Notes: a model not told the origin generated them from the letters alone. 64,000 bases of DNA from Candidatus Omnitrophota bacterium (GCA_016208765.1 JACQXK010000085.1:4814-68813), one strand, 5' to 3'. Shown: positions 38,231 through 48,302, numbered from the stretch's first letter. Numbers and translations: made by a program.

Positions 38231-38782
38231 ATGACAATAACTAAAGAATGGCTCAAAGAGAAGTTAGCTTGTAAAGAAGGGGTGGATTGGTTTGTAAATC
38301 AACAAGAAACAGAAGGTATTAAAATTGTTGAAAAGCTTGTTCAGGAGGATAGATTACAATGGGCTAATTGGCTTATTGTAAGGATTATGACTAAAAAGCA
38401 ATATGTTTCTTATGCTGTTTATTCTGCGGAACAAGTAATTGATATTTATGAAAAGAAATACCCAGAGGATAAAAGGCCACGAAACGCTATTGAAGCAGCG
38501 AAGAAATGTATAGAAAACCCAAGCGAAGAAAATAAGAAGGCTGCTGCTTCTGCTGCTACTTCTGCTCATGCTGCTGCTGCTGCTCATGCTGCTTATTCTG
38601 CTTCTGCTGCTTCTGCTGCTTATTCTGCTGCTGCTTCTGCTGCTTCTGCTGCTTATTCTGCTTCTGCTGCTTCTGCTGCTTATTCTGCTGCTGCTGCTTC
38701 TGCTGCTTATTCTGCTGCTGCTTATGTTGCAAGAAAAAACATTTTAGAATATGGGTTAGAATTACTAAGGAGTGTGGAATGA
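38231..38782 (+). CDS. Protein with Ala/Ser/Tyr-rich low-complexity repeat region
   Basis: Structured N-terminal about 95 aa, then AAASAATSAHAAAAAHAAYSASAASAAYS... encoded by GCT-rich repeats. Confidence 0.55.
   Translation: MTITKEWLKEKLACKEGVDWFVNQQETEGIKIVEKLVQEDRLQWANWLIVRIMTKKQYVSYAVYSAEQVIDIYEKKYPEDKRPRNAIEAAKKCIENPSEENKKAAASAATSAHAAAAAHAAYSASAASAAYSAAASAASAAYSASAASAAYSAAAASAAYSAAAYVARKNILEYGLELLRSVE
38527..38730 (+). repeat. GCT-rich imperfect tandem repeat (gctgcttctgctgcttattctgct units)
   Basis: Visible direct repeats within the CDS. Confidence 0.7.
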
Positions 38783-38867
38783 ATAATAAAATAATTGATT
38801 TAACTGAAAATGATCGGTTTGAAAAACTTCCCGACGGTTGGATAAGGGATTACAAGGAAGGTAAAGA

Positions 38868-39116
38868 ATGGGGGCCAAGCTCGGAGGAGAAGAACCAACC
38901 GCTGCCGAAGCCGCAGCAATTATTAACTTTGAAGGCGATCCATGTTTATTCCCGATATTTTCCGATACCAAAACGGATGATTACTACGCAACCAAGACTG
39001 AGGTTGCCTGGAATAGGAGCCACGTCCGGGTAGTGAGGTATGGCAACGGCAGCGTGGACTACAGCAATAAGGTCAGCAAGTATTATGTGCGGCCAGTCCG
39101 TCTTTCAAAAGATTAA
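38868..39116 (+). CDS. DUF1566 / Lcl C-terminal-like domain protein
   Basis: DDYYATKTEVAWNRSHVRVVRYGNGSVDYSNKVSKYYVRPVR matches Y[WY]..T...AW.V.F.NG.V.Y..K....YVR.VR; overlaps alternative-frame ORF 38779..39033. Confidence 0.45.
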   Translation: MGAKLGGEEPTAAEAAAIINFEGDPCLFPIFSDTKTDDYYATKTEVAWNRSHVRVVRYGNGSVDYSNKVSKYYVRPVRLSKD

Positions 39117-39425
39117 AATGGATTTGCGAACACGATAATCAGCCAATAAAATATACAGTCGGGTAATCACTGTTCCCGAATGAACTGTGGAAAGATGATG
39201 CGGGCAACCCACAGAGAGATTGACAAAAAGCCCGCACAAATTTCAAGGGAGAATAAACCAACATTATGATTTACATTTTAACTTTAATCTGGTTAATGGT
39301 GATATTGAGGGTGATAATATTATGAGATATTCCCTCGCGCGGGTGGGAAAATTCCTTAAGGGAGTTATATATTAAAGATTATTCAATTTATCAAAACGTG
39401 TGTGTGGTTTCGGAGGAGGGAGGAG

Positions 39426-39629
39426 ATGCCATTTAAAGAAAGGTATTGTCAGATCAGGGTAAAAGGATGTAAGAGGAGGTTTATCCCTACAAGGTGGTGG
39501 CAAAGAGTCTGCGAGAATCAGGAATGTAAGAAAGCAAACAAGCGCAGGATATCAAGGTTGTGGCGAAAAAGGAATCCAGAGTATCATAAGGAGTATAATA
39601 GGGAGTATGCGGGGATATATTCAAAATAA
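39426..39629 (+). CDS. Small basic Cys-rich zinc-ribbon protein
   Basis: CQIRVKGCKRR...CENQECKK; start taken at internal Met. Confidence 0.4.
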   Translation: MPFKERYCQIRVKGCKRRFIPTRWWQRVCENQECKKANKRRISRLWRKRNPEYHKEYNREYAGIYSK

Positions 39630-40008
39630 GAAAAGGAAATTATATTATGACAATGGACATATTGGAGATCCATATGTTGTTTGTTCAAACTGTGGGAAGG
39701 AATTTTATATAAAAGTATGTTGGAAGAAATTTTCATGTCCATATTGTCAAAGAAAATCTATTTTATGGAAAAAGATTAATTCAGTATCTATTCAAATAAA
39801 ATTATTTAATGAACCGTTACCATTAGAAGTTGAAGAAATCATACTTTTATGTTGTTGTTCAGAGAGAGAATTCAAAATAATGTATTATTATCTTTTTGGA
39901 TTTACTTTGTCAGAGATTGCACCTGTTGTAGGAGTAAGTAGAGAAAGAATTAGGCAAATATTGTATTATTTATTTAGAAGATTAAGACACAAAAAACAAG
40001 GGTATTAA
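39607..40008 (+). CDS. Zinc-ribbon + sigma-70 region-4-like HTH protein (putative late-gene regulator)
   Basis: CSNCGK...CPYCQ then FGFTLSEIAPVVGVSRERIRQILYYLFRRLR (region 4.2-like). Confidence 0.5.
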   Translation: MRGYIQNKKRKLYYDNGHIGDPYVVCSNCGKEFYIKVCWKKFSCPYCQRKSILWKKINSVSIQIKLFNEPLPLEVEEIILLCCCSEREFKIMYYYLFGFTLSEIAPVVGVSRERIRQILYYLFRRLRHKKQGY

Positions 40009-40090
40009 ATATATCGTTATTTTAATGACAACAACAGATTTTCTGTTATAAACTTAAATTGAGGGCGACGGCTCTCATAAGTTCCATTAA

Positions 40091-40125
40091 GCCTGTTTCG
40101 TGCGCACACGAGGCGGGCTTTTTTT
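40091..40125 (+). terminator. Intrinsic terminator (short stem-loop, GC-rich, then T7 run)
   Basis: tcgtg-cgca-cacga hairpin 40098-40111, ggcgggc, ttttttt 40119-40125. Confidence 0.5.
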
Positions 40126-40139
40126 ATTAAAATCATTAT

Positions 40140-40583
40140 ATGAAAGACCCTAATAAACATAAACTTACCCACGAAGAACAATATTATGTAAAACTTTGGC
40201 TCGCAGAAGATTGTGGATATTCAGAAGTGCTTTCCCGCCTCAAAGAACAATTTAATAAAGAAGTTATTCCTTGTGCCCTTACATATTACACACATCATTA
40301 CAAAGAAGAAATTCAAAAAATTCGCCATGAAATAAATTCTAATATTCTTAATATTCCAATTGCCAATAAAGAAGTACGATTGCGTAGACGAGAAGAAATT
40401 TATAAAATTTATAAATCAAAGGGTGAATTAGAAAAAGCACGTGCTGTTTTAGATGAAGCCAAGGAAGAAATGGAACCTAAGCAAACAGGTGTCCACGTAG
40501 GAGTGAGGGTTGATAATAGTGATAGACCAAGACGTTCAGAAGAGTGTCTCAATAGAGTTATTGAAGTTCTCGAAAGAAGATAA
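40140..40583 (+). CDS. Putative terminase small subunit
   Basis: 147 aa, directly upstream of large terminase; not recognised by motif. Confidence 0.35.
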   Translation: MKDPNKHKLTHEEQYYVKLWLAEDCGYSEVLSRLKEQFNKEVIPCALTYYTHHYKEEIQKIRHEINSNILNIPIANKEVRLRRREEIYKIYKSKGELEKARAVLDEAKEEMEPKQTGVHVGVRVDNSDRPRRSEECLNRVIEVLERR

Positions 40584-42078
40584 AGAAGAGGCGCTTTGTA
40601 AAGCTAAGGCTGAGCGCGCTGCTTTAAACTCTAATCATTTCTGCGAATTCGTCCTTAAGGATGAAAAAGGTCAGCATATCAATCAGGCTGATATACATCG
40701 GGAAATAAATTGGCACATAGATGAATGCCGCAAAAGAAAACTTAATTGTGGGATATTGGCACCTTTCAGGCATGGAAAGACTGAGCAGGTTGTTATCGCA
40801 CGCACATTGCAATTCTTGGGCGAGAATCAGAATAATAGAGTGTTTATAGTCTGTAACGCCGATGATAATGCCGCGGCTCGCGTTGAATCAATAGGCAAGT
40901 ATATTGACCATGACGAGGATTATCATTCTGTGTTCCCAAATGTCCGGGCCGGTGACAAAACACAATGGGGAAGGCATAAATTAGTTGTTAAAAGAGAGAG
41001 CTTGTCTAAGGATGGTTCTGTTGAGGCTTGGGGTATTACGTCATCAGGAACAGGTGCTGGTTGCGATTTTATGATAATTGATGACCCTGTTGACCTGCGT
41101 AACGCGATACTTAACCCTGCAATGCGGCAACAGGTAAAAGAAGCGTTTAAGAATGTCTGGAGCACGCGTTTAGCTCCTAATGGATTTAAGATTTATATTG
41201 CAACATCGTGGCATGATGACGATTTGACATCTGAGCTTCGTAAGAATTCAGAGTGGTGTTTCTTGGTGATAAAGGTATCTGATGACTTCTCAAAATTTGA
41301 TTGTGAGTCGTCGCTAAAAGGTAAATTCAGCATTCCCTTGTGGGATCAATGGCCAAAAGAGAAACTTATCGCTCGTTGCCGAGAAATAGGCACGCGCGCT
41401 TTTAATAGAGGATATCGGCAGTGCGCTTTGTCTGATGAGGATAGGACATTGCCGCATTATTTGCAGGTGTTTAAGCATGGAGTAAGGGTGAGTGATTTAG
41501 TTAGCCCTACTTGGCCGCGTGTCTGCGGCATGGATCCATTTGGTAAATTTGTTGTCATATTTACTCTTGCTTTGGGCCCTGATGGGAAACGATACCCTGT
41601 TGAGATACGCCGAGGTAAGTGGAATTCTACGGAAGCTGTGATGCAGTTAATAGATGCATATCAAACACATCATCATCAGTTAATTGTGGTGGAGAATAAC
41701 GCATCACAGGATGCGATAATCCAATGGGCTATGGAAAAAGGACAGCAACTTCCAATATGGCCATTTACCACAGGCAAACAGAAAGCGGATCCGGAGAATG
41801 GATTGCCAAGTTTAGATGTTGAGTTTGCAAATAATTCTTGGGTCTGTGCCATGGGAAGTGAACATCAGCCGGATTGCGGATGTGGTTTTTGTGTTTGGAA
41901 AAGAGAGATGTCAGAGCATCCAATAGGAGAGGCAGCTGATACTGTTATGGCTTCGTGGTTTGCGCGTGAGGCGGCAAGGGCATTGACTTTTAGAATAACT
42001 GAGCAACCGATGATTAATGAAGACATTGTAACTATGGAAGATGTTGGCCTTGAGCGCGTGGCCATAGGTGACTATTAA
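40510..42078 (+). CDS. terL: Terminase large subunit (ATPase + nuclease)
   Basis: Walker A-like ILAPFRHGKTE, Walker B MIIDDP; 522 aa; true start uncertain (74-nt overlap with upstream ORF). Confidence 0.75.
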   Translation: MIIVIDQDVQKSVSIELLKFSKEDKEEALCKAKAERAALNSNHFCEFVLKDEKGQHINQADIHREINWHIDECRKRKLNCGILAPFRHGKTEQVVIARTLQFLGENQNNRVFIVCNADDNAAARVESIGKYIDHDEDYHSVFPNVRAGDKTQWGRHKLVVKRESLSKDGSVEAWGITSSGTGAGCDFMIIDDPVDLRNAILNPAMRQQVKEAFKNVWSTRLAPNGFKIYIATSWHDDDLTSELRKNSEWCFLVIKVSDDFSKFDCESSLKGKFSIPLWDQWPKEKLIARCREIGTRAFNRGYRQCALSDEDRTLPHYLQVFKHGVRVSDLVSPTWPRVCGMDPFGKFVVIFTLALGPDGKRYPVEIRRGKWNSTEAVMQLIDAYQTHHHQLIVVENNASQDAIIQWAMEKGQQLPIWPFTTGKQKADPENGLPSLDVEFANNSWVCAMGSEHQPDCGCGFCVWKREMSEHPIGEAADTVMASWFAREAARALTFRITEQPMINEDIVTMEDVGLERVAIGDY

Positions 42079-42089
42079 GAGAGGATAGC

Positions 42090-44342
42090 ATGTTTGGATT
42101 AAGCATAGTAAGCAAAAAAGAAATTCAGCAATTAAAGGAAACAGTTACAACATATTCCCGGACACTTGAGGATATTGGCTGGATTAATCTTAGCCTTGAA
42201 AGCAATTCTCAAAATCAATTATTCTCTGAAGGCTTTAAGAAGATGCTTAAGACATGCAAAATTTACTATTACAAGAATCCTCTTGCAGGTCACTGGGTGC
42301 ATTTGACCACTGAGTTTGTGTTTGGTGAAGGTGTTTCGGTTCCAAAGGCTAAGGACAAAAAGATTCAGGAGATAGTAGATAAGTTTTGGAAGGATTCTGA
42401 TAATCAAAGGGCATTAACATCTTTTTCAGCGCAGCATTTGCTTAATAATAAGTTGCAGTATGAGGGCAATTTGTTTTTTGCATTGTTTACCGACGATGAA
42501 GGTAATGTTAGGGTGAGGATATTTAATACTGAGGAAATAGCTGACGTTATAAATGATGCCGATGACAGGATGCGGCCGCGCTTTTATAAGGTTGGAGTAA
42601 GAGACAAGAGATATAATTTTATGTCTGATAGTTATGACATCAGCTTTCAGAAATATATTTATTATCCTGACAAGGATAATTTTAACGTGGAGGATTATAA
42701 CATTCCTGAGGAGAAGATCGGGAAAGGAGCTGTTATATTTCATGTAAAGATAAATTGCGACATAAATGATAAATTTGGGATACCTGAGTTGTATCGCGGA
42801 ATTGACTGGATACGTGCGCATAGGGATATGGCTGGTGATTTAGCAACATTAATAAAATCACTTTCTACATTAGCATGGAAGAAAAAGGTCAAAGGCACTC
42901 CGGCGCAAGTCACCGCATTAAAATCAGCGCTTAATTCTAAGATTGACATGACTAATAGGACGGTGGCCGCAGGATCTGTTCAGTATGAAAACGAGGGTAT
43001 AGATACAGAGCCGATTAATACACCGACAGGCGGCGTTAAGATTGGCACTGATGGGCTTAGGCAAATGAAGCTGATGGTTTGTTCTGCTTCGGGTATATTT
43101 GAGCATTACTTTGGCGATCCTTCTACAGGTAACCTTGCGACAGCAACAAGCATGGAGTTGCCCATGCTTAAAAAGTTTATCATATATCAGAAGTTGTGGG
43201 AGGCAATTATCAATGAGATTCTGCAGTATCAGATAAATCAAAAAATTGACGCGGGATTATTAGAGGGTAGCGTTGATTATGATGAGAAAACAAGCCGAAA
43301 GATTTATGAGACGAGTTTGGATAGGTTAATTGACATAGATTTCCCGCCGATATTAGAGAAAGATTTAAAGGCAATAGGCGAGGCTTTGGATGTGGCAAGA
43401 AGGAATAATTTGATTTCTGATGAGTCAGCGTCACGGATGTTCTTGTTGGCAGCGAATCTTAACAATATTGATGAGGAAATAAAGAAAATAGATTTTACAA
43501 GGCAATTATCTTTTCAAAGCGCAGGGATATTTGGGCAACAGTTACCTAATGGTCAGGATAAGCCAAAAGAGGGGATTCCTAAAAAAGAAGATGCTCCGAT
43601 TAAGGAGGCAATTTATACCCCTAAGCATGAGCCGGGATTAAGATTTGCAAGAAAGACTAATTATGTATTGCAACGCATGAATGGATATCGTAAGGCATTA
43701 GCGACAAGCTTTACTGATTTTAAGAAGAATATAAAGGAATCAACAAAGAGCGCAGGGCCTAAGGGAGTTGTGGTAGGTAATATAGTTGATCTTGATGAAC
43801 ATTTGGCTGGGCTTAAGAAAAGTATGATTAAAGCAGCGGAGAGTTATTTTCCTGTTGCGATTGATATTGGAAAGAAATTTCTGCAGTCACATCTTAAAGA
43901 GCAGAAAGTCAAAGAATCTCTTTTTGAGGCAGCAAATAAGGAAATATCTTTATTGGATGAGAAATTGTCATGGAATGATGAATATGTTTCTACTTCTTTA
44001 ATACCTGATATTAAGAATAAAGTTATGCAAGTTGTTCGCACATCTTATGATAGCGAAGAAGAATTTAATAAGGCAGTTAATGCTGCGATAAATAGTTTTG
44101 AGAGTAGAGTAGAGCAGTACGCCGGGGCATTTTGGCATGTAGAAGAATCGGCGGTAAAGGAAGCTGGTGTTGGCACAGGGTTAAGGGTTAATTTTGTTGG
44201 TGCTGATGATGAGTCAACTTGTGATGGATGTAATAAATCAATGGAAGGAAATCCATATTTAATAGATGAGGCCCCGGAGCCGGGAAGTCATGAGTGTGAT
44301 GGTAGGTGCCGTCACGCATTACAAATTATAGAGGAGGGTTAA
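42090..44342 (+). CDS. Portal protein, probably fused to a minor-head (Mu F-like) domain with C-terminal Cys cluster
   Basis: 750 aa immediately after terL; size and position; CDGCN...HECDGRCRH at C-terminus. Confidence 0.6.
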   Translation: MFGLSIVSKKEIQQLKETVTTYSRTLEDIGWINLSLESNSQNQLFSEGFKKMLKTCKIYYYKNPLAGHWVHLTTEFVFGEGVSVPKAKDKKIQEIVDKFWKDSDNQRALTSFSAQHLLNNKLQYEGNLFFALFTDDEGNVRVRIFNTEEIADVINDADDRMRPRFYKVGVRDKRYNFMSDSYDISFQKYIYYPDKDNFNVEDYNIPEEKIGKGAVIFHVKINCDINDKFGIPELYRGIDWIRAHRDMAGDLATLIKSLSTLAWKKKVKGTPAQVTALKSALNSKIDMTNRTVAAGSVQYENEGIDTEPINTPTGGVKIGTDGLRQMKLMVCSASGIFEHYFGDPSTGNLATATSMELPMLKKFIIYQKLWEAIINEILQYQINQKIDAGLLEGSVDYDEKTSRKIYETSLDRLIDIDFPPILEKDLKAIGEALDVARRNNLISDESASRMFLLAANLNNIDEEIKKIDFTRQLSFQSAGIFGQQLPNGQDKPKEGIPKKEDAPIKEAIYTPKHEPGLRFARKTNYVLQRMNGYRKALATSFTDFKKNIKESTKSAGPKGVVVGNIVDLDEHLAGLKKSMIKAAESYFPVAIDIGKKFLQSHLKEQKVKESLFEAANKEISLLDEKLSWNDEYVSTSLIPDIKNKVMQVVRTSYDSEEEFNKAVNAAINSFESRVEQYAGAFWHVEESAVKEAGVGTGLRVNFVGADDESTCDGCNKSMEGNPYLIDEAPEPGSHECDGRCRHALQIIEEG

Positions 44343-44343
44343 G

Positions 44344-44814
44344 ATGAAGAAGTTATTTCTTTTAGTATTAATGATTTTAGGATTATTCGGGGTCGCATTA
44401 GCCGCAGATAATGCAAGGAATATTGGAAGTAACAAGAACATAGATCATGCGGTTATTGTTGCTGATTTAAGTAATGGATATACCCAAAAGGTAAATGCTA
44501 ATGGAACAGCTGTGGCGGCTGAGGATTTAAAGACAATTGCCTTTGTGAATAGCCAATCTGGAGGAGCTGAGTTGGTGTTAACGGGTGGGGCGACAGTTTA
44601 CGGAATTGTAGTTACAGGCACAACGAACAGTGATTGGGTAGCGGTATATGATGCGACATCTGCGACAGGAACGCCTGTTTTAGATGTGGTTACATCGGCT
44701 AATAACCCAACAGCTACGATTCCGATTCCCGGAGGAAGAAAGTTTTCTAATGGTATCTTTGTTGATTTAGGTACATCAACAACACATGCGGAGATTATGT
44801 ATATTCCGGATTAA
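44344..44814 (+). CDS. Secreted Thr/Gly-rich beta-type protein (Sec signal peptide)
   Basis: MKKLFLLVLMILGLFGVALAADN signal peptide. Confidence 0.55.
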   Translation: MKKLFLLVLMILGLFGVALAADNARNIGSNKNIDHAVIVADLSNGYTQKVNANGTAVAAEDLKTIAFVNSQSGGAELVLTGGATVYGIVVTGTTNSDWVAVYDATSATGTPVLDVVTSANNPTATIPIPGGRKFSNGIFVDLGTSTTHAEIMYIPD

Positions 44815-44815
44815 T

Positions 44816-45859
44816 ATGGTTGATAAAGTTATAAAAGCAATACTTTTATTATCACCGATAGTCTATATCAGAAGCGTCGCTATGAATAATTTTGACTTGG
44901 TTATTCTACATATTTCAGCGATGGTTTTATTTGTGGCTACGTTCTTTGATAAGCCTAAGAGGGATTTTGTAGGACAAAAATATATAGTTTATTTGTTGGG
45001 AATTGGATTGTTTAGCGCGGCGATGCATGGGTTTAATTTATTCATCATGGATTACTTAGTCAATGTGTTCCTTGCGGTTGTATGTCTTTATGTCGTTATC
45101 AGGTATTGTCGGGACATTGAAGGGTGTTTTAAATTTATCGTATATGCGGGAATAATTAATATCTTGGTATGGGTGGTTCAGGTGATGGGATTTTCTCCGG
45201 TGATCCCCAATTATAAATACATGGAAACAAATGGAGGAATAATTGGCAACGCGCCAAGACTTTCTATGTATTTAAGCATTATATCACCATTTTTTATCGC
45301 CATGAATAAGATTTGGTGGGTGTTATTAATTCCTATCCCTCTAATTATGCGTGAGGCAAACATCTTAATGGCTTTGTTGTTGTTATTCTTATTAAGTGAT
45401 TTTAGACTTAATTACAAATTATGGGTAATAGCTTTTTTTGCAGGAGCAATGTTTTTATTTCACGATAAGTTAATTAATTCTATTGCGTCAAGAATAACTA
45501 CATACAAAGAGGTTTTGACCGGATTTTTTAATCATCCTGTGAGTGGATATGGATTAGGTATATATCCTTATGGTCAGGAGATGGTTAATACAAAAATAGA
45601 TTATGCAGTTTATAGTAGTTTATTGCAGTTTATTGTTGGAGCGGGGATGTTAAGTATTCCTTTAGTATATGAAACTATTAAACGTTATATTAAGAATTTC
45701 AGCAGGTTTCCAGAAAGCTTATCTTTGGCAATTCTTTTAATGCTTTGTATCGGAGAATATCCTTTAGAGATCAAGAGGCTTTGGATAACTATAATTATGA
45801 TAACTGGATTTTTTGTTATTAGGAGAATTGATGTCGCAAAGCAAAATTGTAACAGTTAA
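44816..45859 (+). CDS. Polytopic membrane protein, Wzy/WaaL (O-antigen polymerase/ligase)-like
   Basis: About 10 hydrophobic helices with a larger loop; family assignment by architecture only. Confidence 0.4.
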   Translation: MVDKVIKAILLLSPIVYIRSVAMNNFDLVILHISAMVLFVATFFDKPKRDFVGQKYIVYLLGIGLFSAAMHGFNLFIMDYLVNVFLAVVCLYVVIRYCRDIEGCFKFIVYAGIINILVWVVQVMGFSPVIPNYKYMETNGGIIGNAPRLSMYLSIISPFFIAMNKIWWVLLIPIPLIMREANILMALLLLFLLSDFRLNYKLWVIAFFAGAMFLFHDKLINSIASRITTYKEVLTGFFNHPVSGYGLGIYPYGQEMVNTKIDYAVYSSLLQFIVGAGMLSIPLVYETIKRYIKNFSRFPESLSLAILLMLCIGEYPLEIKRLWITIIMITGFFVIRRIDVAKQNCNS

Positions 45860-46640
45860 TTTTGGATTAAGCAAGGCTGGTTTATCTACTGTCGGATATA
45901 CGCTTAAGAATTATGACGGAACTACAAAACAGAATAGAAGTACTTCCGGAGTAACGGAAATTGTTGCAAGTACGGGAATATATAGCGCTTCTATTAGTTT
46001 TGACGATGATTGGACGGGTATTGTTGTGTGGGATACTGGAGAGGCAAGTCCGCGATATGCTACAGAAACTTATAATATTAATGATTTAGGCGGCGGTGGA
46101 TATGCGGTTATTGCTTCTGATGTCTGGACACAGAAGGAAAAAGAAGATTTGATTGATAAGGTTAATAAGATTTACGAAGGACAGAAAAAGAAAACAAAAT
46201 CTATGCAAGAGGCGTTAGAAGAAAGTAATCGCAAGATAGCTGATGTTAATAATGCTGTATCTTTGTTAAACGAAGTTATAAGAGGTAAAGACGCGAAGTT
46301 TCAAGACATTAAGGAATGCGTGAGTAAGTTAGATAAGCAGTTTAGTGGTGCAATTGAAGCATTAAACAAATCAAGCCTTTTGTCTAATGTCAAGTTGACT
46401 AAAGAGGTTAAAGATAAATTTGAGGCATTAAAAGAGACAGTGTCGTCGGTAAAAAATAGCGTGGACACTCAGGGCATAATTAAGTTAGTTGGTTTGTTAA
46501 GTGAGTCAGTAAATAATATTTCCGATGAAATAGATTTGACAGTAAGGATAGCAACAAAGCTTATAACGACGGAAGATTTGGAGCAGGTTTTAAAGGAGGG
46601 TGGAATCAATGTCCCATCAGGTATTAATAAAAGAGCTTGA
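45831..46640 (+). CDS. Hypothetical head-module protein (coiled-coil C-terminus)
   Basis: ORF, aggaga RBS. Confidence 0.45.
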   Translation: MSQSKIVTVNFGLSKAGLSTVGYTLKNYDGTTKQNRSTSGVTEIVASTGIYSASISFDDDWTGIVVWDTGEASPRYATETYNINDLGGGGYAVIASDVWTQKEKEDLIDKVNKIYEGQKKKTKSMQEALEESNRKIADVNNAVSLLNEVIRGKDAKFQDIKECVSKLDKQFSGAIEALNKSSLLSNVKLTKEVKDKFEALKETVSSVKNSVDTQGIIKLVGLLSESVNNISDEIDLTVRIATKLITTEDLEQVLKEGGINVPSGINKRA

Positions 46641-48255
46641 GAATAGGATTAAGAATAAAGCTGAGAGTTTGCAGAAACAGCTTCGTGAAGCAGCAAAAGA
46701 AGCTGAGATTTATGTAGATAGCAAAGAATCAGCAACAAATAATTCTTTTTCTAAGACACTACTTACTGAGCTATCAAACGACATAGATTTAATATTAACC
46801 AAAGCAAGGGAAGGGCTTAAAGGCCGCAATGGTTCTCCGGCTGTCAGGCATTTCCTTCGGGAGGTAAAAGACAAAGTGAAGAAAATGATTGCAGGTATCA
46901 AGGAGGTAGAAGTCAAAACAATTGCTGAGTCAATTGTAAATAAGATTGAAGAAGCGGAGAAAACAGGAAGTTTTAGCGATATTGAATCACAGGTGCGCGC
47001 GGCAATAAAAAGTAATCCATTGTTTCCTGAGAAAATTGGCGAACGATATGCTGACGGGCCGTATGTCAGAGATATGTACCCGGATAGAGTTGTTATCAGT
47101 TACGAAGGGAAACTTTTTGAGATGGAGTATTCAATAATGAAAGAGGCGGTTATATTAGGCACGCCAAAAGAGGTAATTGAAAAATATGTTCCAGTTACTG
47201 AGGCCTCAAAAGATAAAGTTGAGGTAAAAGAGACGGCAAGAATTGAAGTGTTAAGGGAATCGCAGACACAGGATTTTGAGGTTTCTGGATTCGTTAGCCT
47301 TAAGGAGGCCAAATTTAATTCAGATTTTAGTGAGGTTGAAGTTGTGCTTATAGAGGCAGGATGTAATGAGCAGAAAAAGAGATATTATCCGGATAAAACT
47401 ATTAAAGAAGCCGCATCTATTTTTACAGGATGGAAGATGTATATAAATCATCCTACGGCTACAGAGGAGAAAGAAAGGCCGGAGAGAAATCTCAAGGATT
47501 GGGCATCTACGATTGTTGAGTCAAGGTATGACAACGGCATGGCTATCGGTAAGGTTGCCATACATGATTCTTGGCTTCGTGAGAGGCTTGCGGATCCGGT
47601 TGCAAGGCAGCATATAGGTTTGTCAATAAACACAGGAGGGAAAATATCCGTCGGACGCGTTAACGGCAAAGACGGTTATCAAATAGTTGAAGCGATTATA
47701 CCTGCACGGAAAAACGGCCCGCCATCGGTGGATTGGGTGACAGAAGCCGGAGCAAGGGGACGCGTAAACAAATTACTGGAGAGTAGAAGAGGAGGAGTAA
47801 AAATGGAATTAGAAATGGCAACAATGAAAGATTTAAAGGAAACAAGGTCTGATTTGGTTGAGGCTGTTACCAAAGAAATTCAGGCTGGCAACAGTGAGAA
47901 AGTGACAAAGCTTGAAAAAGACCTTAAGGAAGCACAGGATAAAATTGCGTCTTTTGATAAGACAGACAAGATTAATAAACAGGTTGAGTTGGTTGAGTCT
48001 ATCTTAAAGGACAAAAAGATTCCTGCTGTTTCCAAAGAGAGAATAATTGGGCAGGTAAAAGCTGCGGTTATTGATGGTGATATCAAAGAATCTATTACCA
48101 AATTGATTGAAGCAGAGCTTGAGTATGTGAACAAGCTCAGCCCAAAAGGAAAAATCAAGTTGTCAGAATCAAAGGATACCGATATCAAAGAATCGCTTCA
48201 AAACCAACTTGATAAACGAGCTGGAGTTGAAGAAAAGAAAGAAGAAAAGGAATAA
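46609..48255 (+). CDS. Putative scaffolding/head maturation protein (coiled-coil rich)
   Basis: 551 aa, K/E-rich coiled coils, positioned before decoration/capsid genes; aaggaggg RBS before ATG 46609. Confidence 0.45.
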   Translation: MSHQVLIKELENRIKNKAESLQKQLREAAKEAEIYVDSKESATNNSFSKTLLTELSNDIDLILTKAREGLKGRNGSPAVRHFLREVKDKVKKMIAGIKEVEVKTIAESIVNKIEEAEKTGSFSDIESQVRAAIKSNPLFPEKIGERYADGPYVRDMYPDRVVISYEGKLFEMEYSIMKEAVILGTPKEVIEKYVPVTEASKDKVEVKETARIEVLRESQTQDFEVSGFVSLKEAKFNSDFSEVEVVLIEAGCNEQKKRYYPDKTIKEAASIFTGWKMYINHPTATEEKERPERNLKDWASTIVESRYDNGMAIGKVAIHDSWLRERLADPVARQHIGLSINTGGKISVGRVNGKDGYQIVEAIIPARKNGPPSVDWVTEAGARGRVNKLLESRRGGVKMELEMATMKDLKETRSDLVEAVTKEIQAGNSEKVTKLEKDLKEAQDKIASFDKTDKINKQVELVESILKDKKIPAVSKERIIGQVKAAVIDGDIKESITKLIEAELEYVNKLSPKGKIKLSESKDTDIKESLQNQLDKRAGVEEKKEEKE

Positions 48256-48302
48256 AATTCCGCTTGGTGAATAACCAAGAAATATAAAAGGAGAGTTTAG
48301 AG

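Noticed and set aside
38527-38730. Possible CRISPR or coding-independent tandem repeat
   Set aside because: The repeat is in-frame within a CDS and encodes an A/S/Y-rich low-complexity tail, so it is recorded as a coding microsatellite.
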